In this document: in pieces, positions 61,941 through 64,000 of the stretch
Layout: each line of letters opens with the position of its first letter
How positions within the stretch are numbered: position 1 is the stretch's first letter
Origin: a bacterium
GTDB lineage: Bacteria > Bacillota_I > Bacilli_A > RFN20 > CAG-826
Length of the DNA: 64,000 nucleotides
Reading direction: 5' to 3'
NCBI GenBank assembly: GCA_963605025.1
Contig: CAVCSZ010000001.1
Span: 18,387-82,386, forward strand
The notes under the pieces: model-generated
Told to the model about the DNA's origin: nothing
Seen by the model: only the letters and a program-made list of their open reading frames with translations
Database searches by the model: none
Position numbers and translations under genes: made by a program

Positions 61941-64000
61941 TTATTTTTTTGATAAATTTTTATGATTACCTGCCATTTTTTTAATTCCAAAACTATCAAA
62001 ATCTACAACAATAATATTCCCATTTACTTCTTTTACAGTTCCATTTCCAAAAACTGTGTGAGTTAATTTATCTCCAACATTCCATGCTTTTTTCTCTTCT
62101 TCTCCAAAAATAGGAACTTCTTTATTATTATTTTCATTATTAGAAACATTCTTTTTAAATAAACTTCCATTATTAAAAGAATAGATATTTTGATTAACTT
62201 TATTAGAAAATAAATTATTAATATCATTTTTAATATCTAAATTAGCTTCTTTTATAAATCTACTAGGCTCTGAATCACGTCCTAAAGTATAACTATATCC
62301 AGTATTATAACTTATATATAATTCTTTTTTTCCTCTAGTTAATGCAACATAAGCTAATCTTCTTTCTTCTTCTAAAGCAGTGTCTCCAAATTCTCCAATT
62401 GATCTAGCATTTGGAAATATTCCTTCTTGAAAACCTACTACAAAACAATAATCAAATTCTAATCCTTTCGCAGTATGAACAGTCATTAAATTCACTCTTT
62501 TTAAAGTAGAATCAATTTCATCTTGAGCAGTAGTTAAAGTTATATTTTGTAAATATTCATCAAAAGTTGATTCTGGATTATGTTTTAAATATTCTCTTAT
62601 ATCTATAATTAATGATCCAACATTTTCAAGACGATCATCTTCTTTATCATCAAATTCTGCTAAATAATCAAAATAACCTACATCACGTAAAAAATCATTT
62701 AAAACTTCACTATAAGCTTCATAATTATCTTTTAATTTTTCTTTAGTTTCTTCAATTTTAGATACCATTTCATTTAATTTATTAATTACATTAGGTCCTA
62801 ATTTAGAAACATGTCTATTAACTTCTTTAATATAATTATAATAAGATAAATTATTATTTTCTGCTTCTTCTTTAATTATAGAAATAGTTTTATCTCCAAT
62901 TTTTCTTTTAGGTACATTAATAATTCTTAAAAAAGAAACATTATCAAGAGGATTAATCATTAAATTAAAATACGCTAAAGCATCTTTAATTTCCTTTCTT
63001 TCATAAAATTTTATTCCTCCATAAATAACATATGGAATATTATTTAACATTAATTCTTTTTCAAAACTTCTAGATAAATAACTTGATCTATAAAGGATTG
63101 CAAAATGACTATAATCAATATTTTCTTTTAAAGCAATTTCTTTAATTTTATTAATAACAAAATGAGCTTCATAATCACTTGTATAAGCTTTTATAATTCC
63201 TACTTCACTTCCTTTTTCACCTTTAGAATATAAATCTTTTTTAATTCTTTCTTTATTAAAAGAAATTAAAGAATTCGCATGATCTAATATTTTTTGAGTA
63301 GATCTATAATTTTCATTTAAAATAATAGTATCTAAAGGAGAAAAATAATTTTCAAAATCTAAAATAATTCTTTGATTAGCGCCTCTCCAAGTATAAATAG
63401 TTTGATCTGGATCTCCTACTACAAAAATAGTAGTATTTTCACCTACAAGTAATTTTAATAAAGTAAATTGTAATTCATTAGTGTCTTGAAATTCATCAAT
63501 TAATATTTCTTTAAATCTACGATTATATTTTTCTTTTACTTCAGGAAAAGATTTTAATATTTTACATGTATATATCAATAAATCATCAAAATCTAAAGAA
63601 AATTGAGCGTTTTTTCTTTTCTCATATTCTTTAAAAACTTCTAAATATTCTTTTTCATTATTATCTTTAACAAATTCAATATCACCTGGTAATTTACCTA
63701 AACATTTATTATTCTCAATATATTTTTTAGATAATTCTAATAAATCATTATTTAAAGTATCCATTTCTTTAACAATTTCTTTTAATAAATTCTTTTTATC
63801 ACTCTCATCTAAAATAGTAAATGATGCAGGAAATCCTAAATGATTAATTTCTCTTCTTAAAAAATAATTACAAAAAGAATGGAATGTAGAAATTTTAAGA
63901 TCTTTTAAATCTAAATCTTCTAATAAATATTTAGTTCTTTCTTTCATTTCATTTGCTACTTTATTAGTAAAAGTAATCGCTAAAACTTCATAAGGACGAT
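61941..64000 (-). CDS. pcrA: ATP-dependent DNA helicase PcrA/UvrD; N-terminus beyond the right edge
   Basis: The frame stays open upstream of the track Met: ...RPYEVLAITFTNKVANEMKERTKYL (motif Ia-like TFTNKAA). Also DEFQDTN, VGDPDQTIYTWRGA, TVHTAKGLEF, LAYVALTRGK. Confidence 0.93.
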   Translation of the reverse strand, partial: RPYEVLAITFTNKVANEMKERTKYLLEDLDLKDLKISTFHSFCNYFLRREINHLGFPASFTILDESDKKNLLKEIVKEMDTLNNDLLELSKKYIENNKCLGKLPGDIEFVKDNNEKEYLEVFKEYEKRKNAQFSLDFDDLLIYTCKILKSFPEVKEKYNRRFKEILIDEFQDTNELQFTLLKLLVGENTTIFVVGDPDQTIYTWRGANQRIILDFENYFSPLDTIILNENYRSTQKILDHANSLISFNKERIKKDLYSKGEKGSEVGIIKAYTSDYEAHFVINKIKEIALKENIDYSHFAILYRSSYLSRSFEKELMLNNIPYVIYGGIKFYERKEIKDALAYFNLMINPLDNVSFLRIINVPKRKIGDKTISIIKEEAENNNLSYYNYIKEVNRHVSKLGPNVINKLNEMVSKIEETKEKLKDNYEAYSEVLNDFLRDVGYFDYLAEFDDKEDDRLENVGSLIIDIREYLKHNPESTFDEYLQNITLTTAQDEIDSTLKRVNLMTVHTAKGLEFDYCFVVGFQEGIFPNARSIGEFGDTALEEERRLAYVALTRGKKELYISYNTGYSYTLGRDSEPSRFIKEANLDIKNDINNLFSNKVNQNIYSFNNGSLFKKNVSNNENNNKEVPIFGEEEKKAWNVGDKLTHTVFGNGTVKEVNGNIIVVDFDSFGIKKMAGNHKNLSKK

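Overview
Very AT-rich bacterial chromosome segment made up almost entirely of core housekeeping genes, about 80% of them on the minus strand. Gene order follows the classic Bacillus-type (Bacillota/Mollicutes-like) layout: cysS ... rlmB-sigH-like-rpmG-secE-nusG-rplK-rplA-rplJ-rplL-ybxB-like-rpoB-rpoC ... rpsL-rpsG-fusA-tuf on one side, and pcrA-ligA-gatCAB on the other. TGA is used as a stop (for example 41363-41365) and Trp is TGG, so this is the standard code, not the Mycoplasma code. RNA polymerase delta (rpoE), desulfoferrodoxin, a GlpA-type/DUF1667 flavoprotein trio and a PduL-type phosphotransacylase point to an anaerobic, low-GC, reduced-genome Firmicute or Acholeplasma-like organism; this is inference only. 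I can support 62 CDS. Two are absent from the ORF track: rpmG, and an edge-truncated DUF2974 hydrolase. pcrA also runs off the right edge beyond its listed ORF. Also supported are 8 tRNAs (His, Ser, Leu, and a Val-Tyr-Gln-Lys-Leu cluster), a SAM (S-box-like) riboswitch upstream of metK, a probable L10 leader, many rho-independent terminators and several consensus-like promoters. I found no CRISPR array, IS element, prophage or recognisable defence island. The most unusual content is: (i) a translationally coupled pair of MacB-architecture fused ABC ATPase-permeases, one with a very large extracytoplasmic domain; (ii) next to it, a self-contained 45-codon gene with a perfect TTGACA-17-TATAAT promoter, a strong RBS and its own terminator; (iii) an unrecognisable 308-aa soluble protein plus a small membrane protein at the end of the hpf operon; (iv) a short TetR-like gene wedged between rpoC and the rpsL operon. 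None of these can be called a new system from sequence alone.
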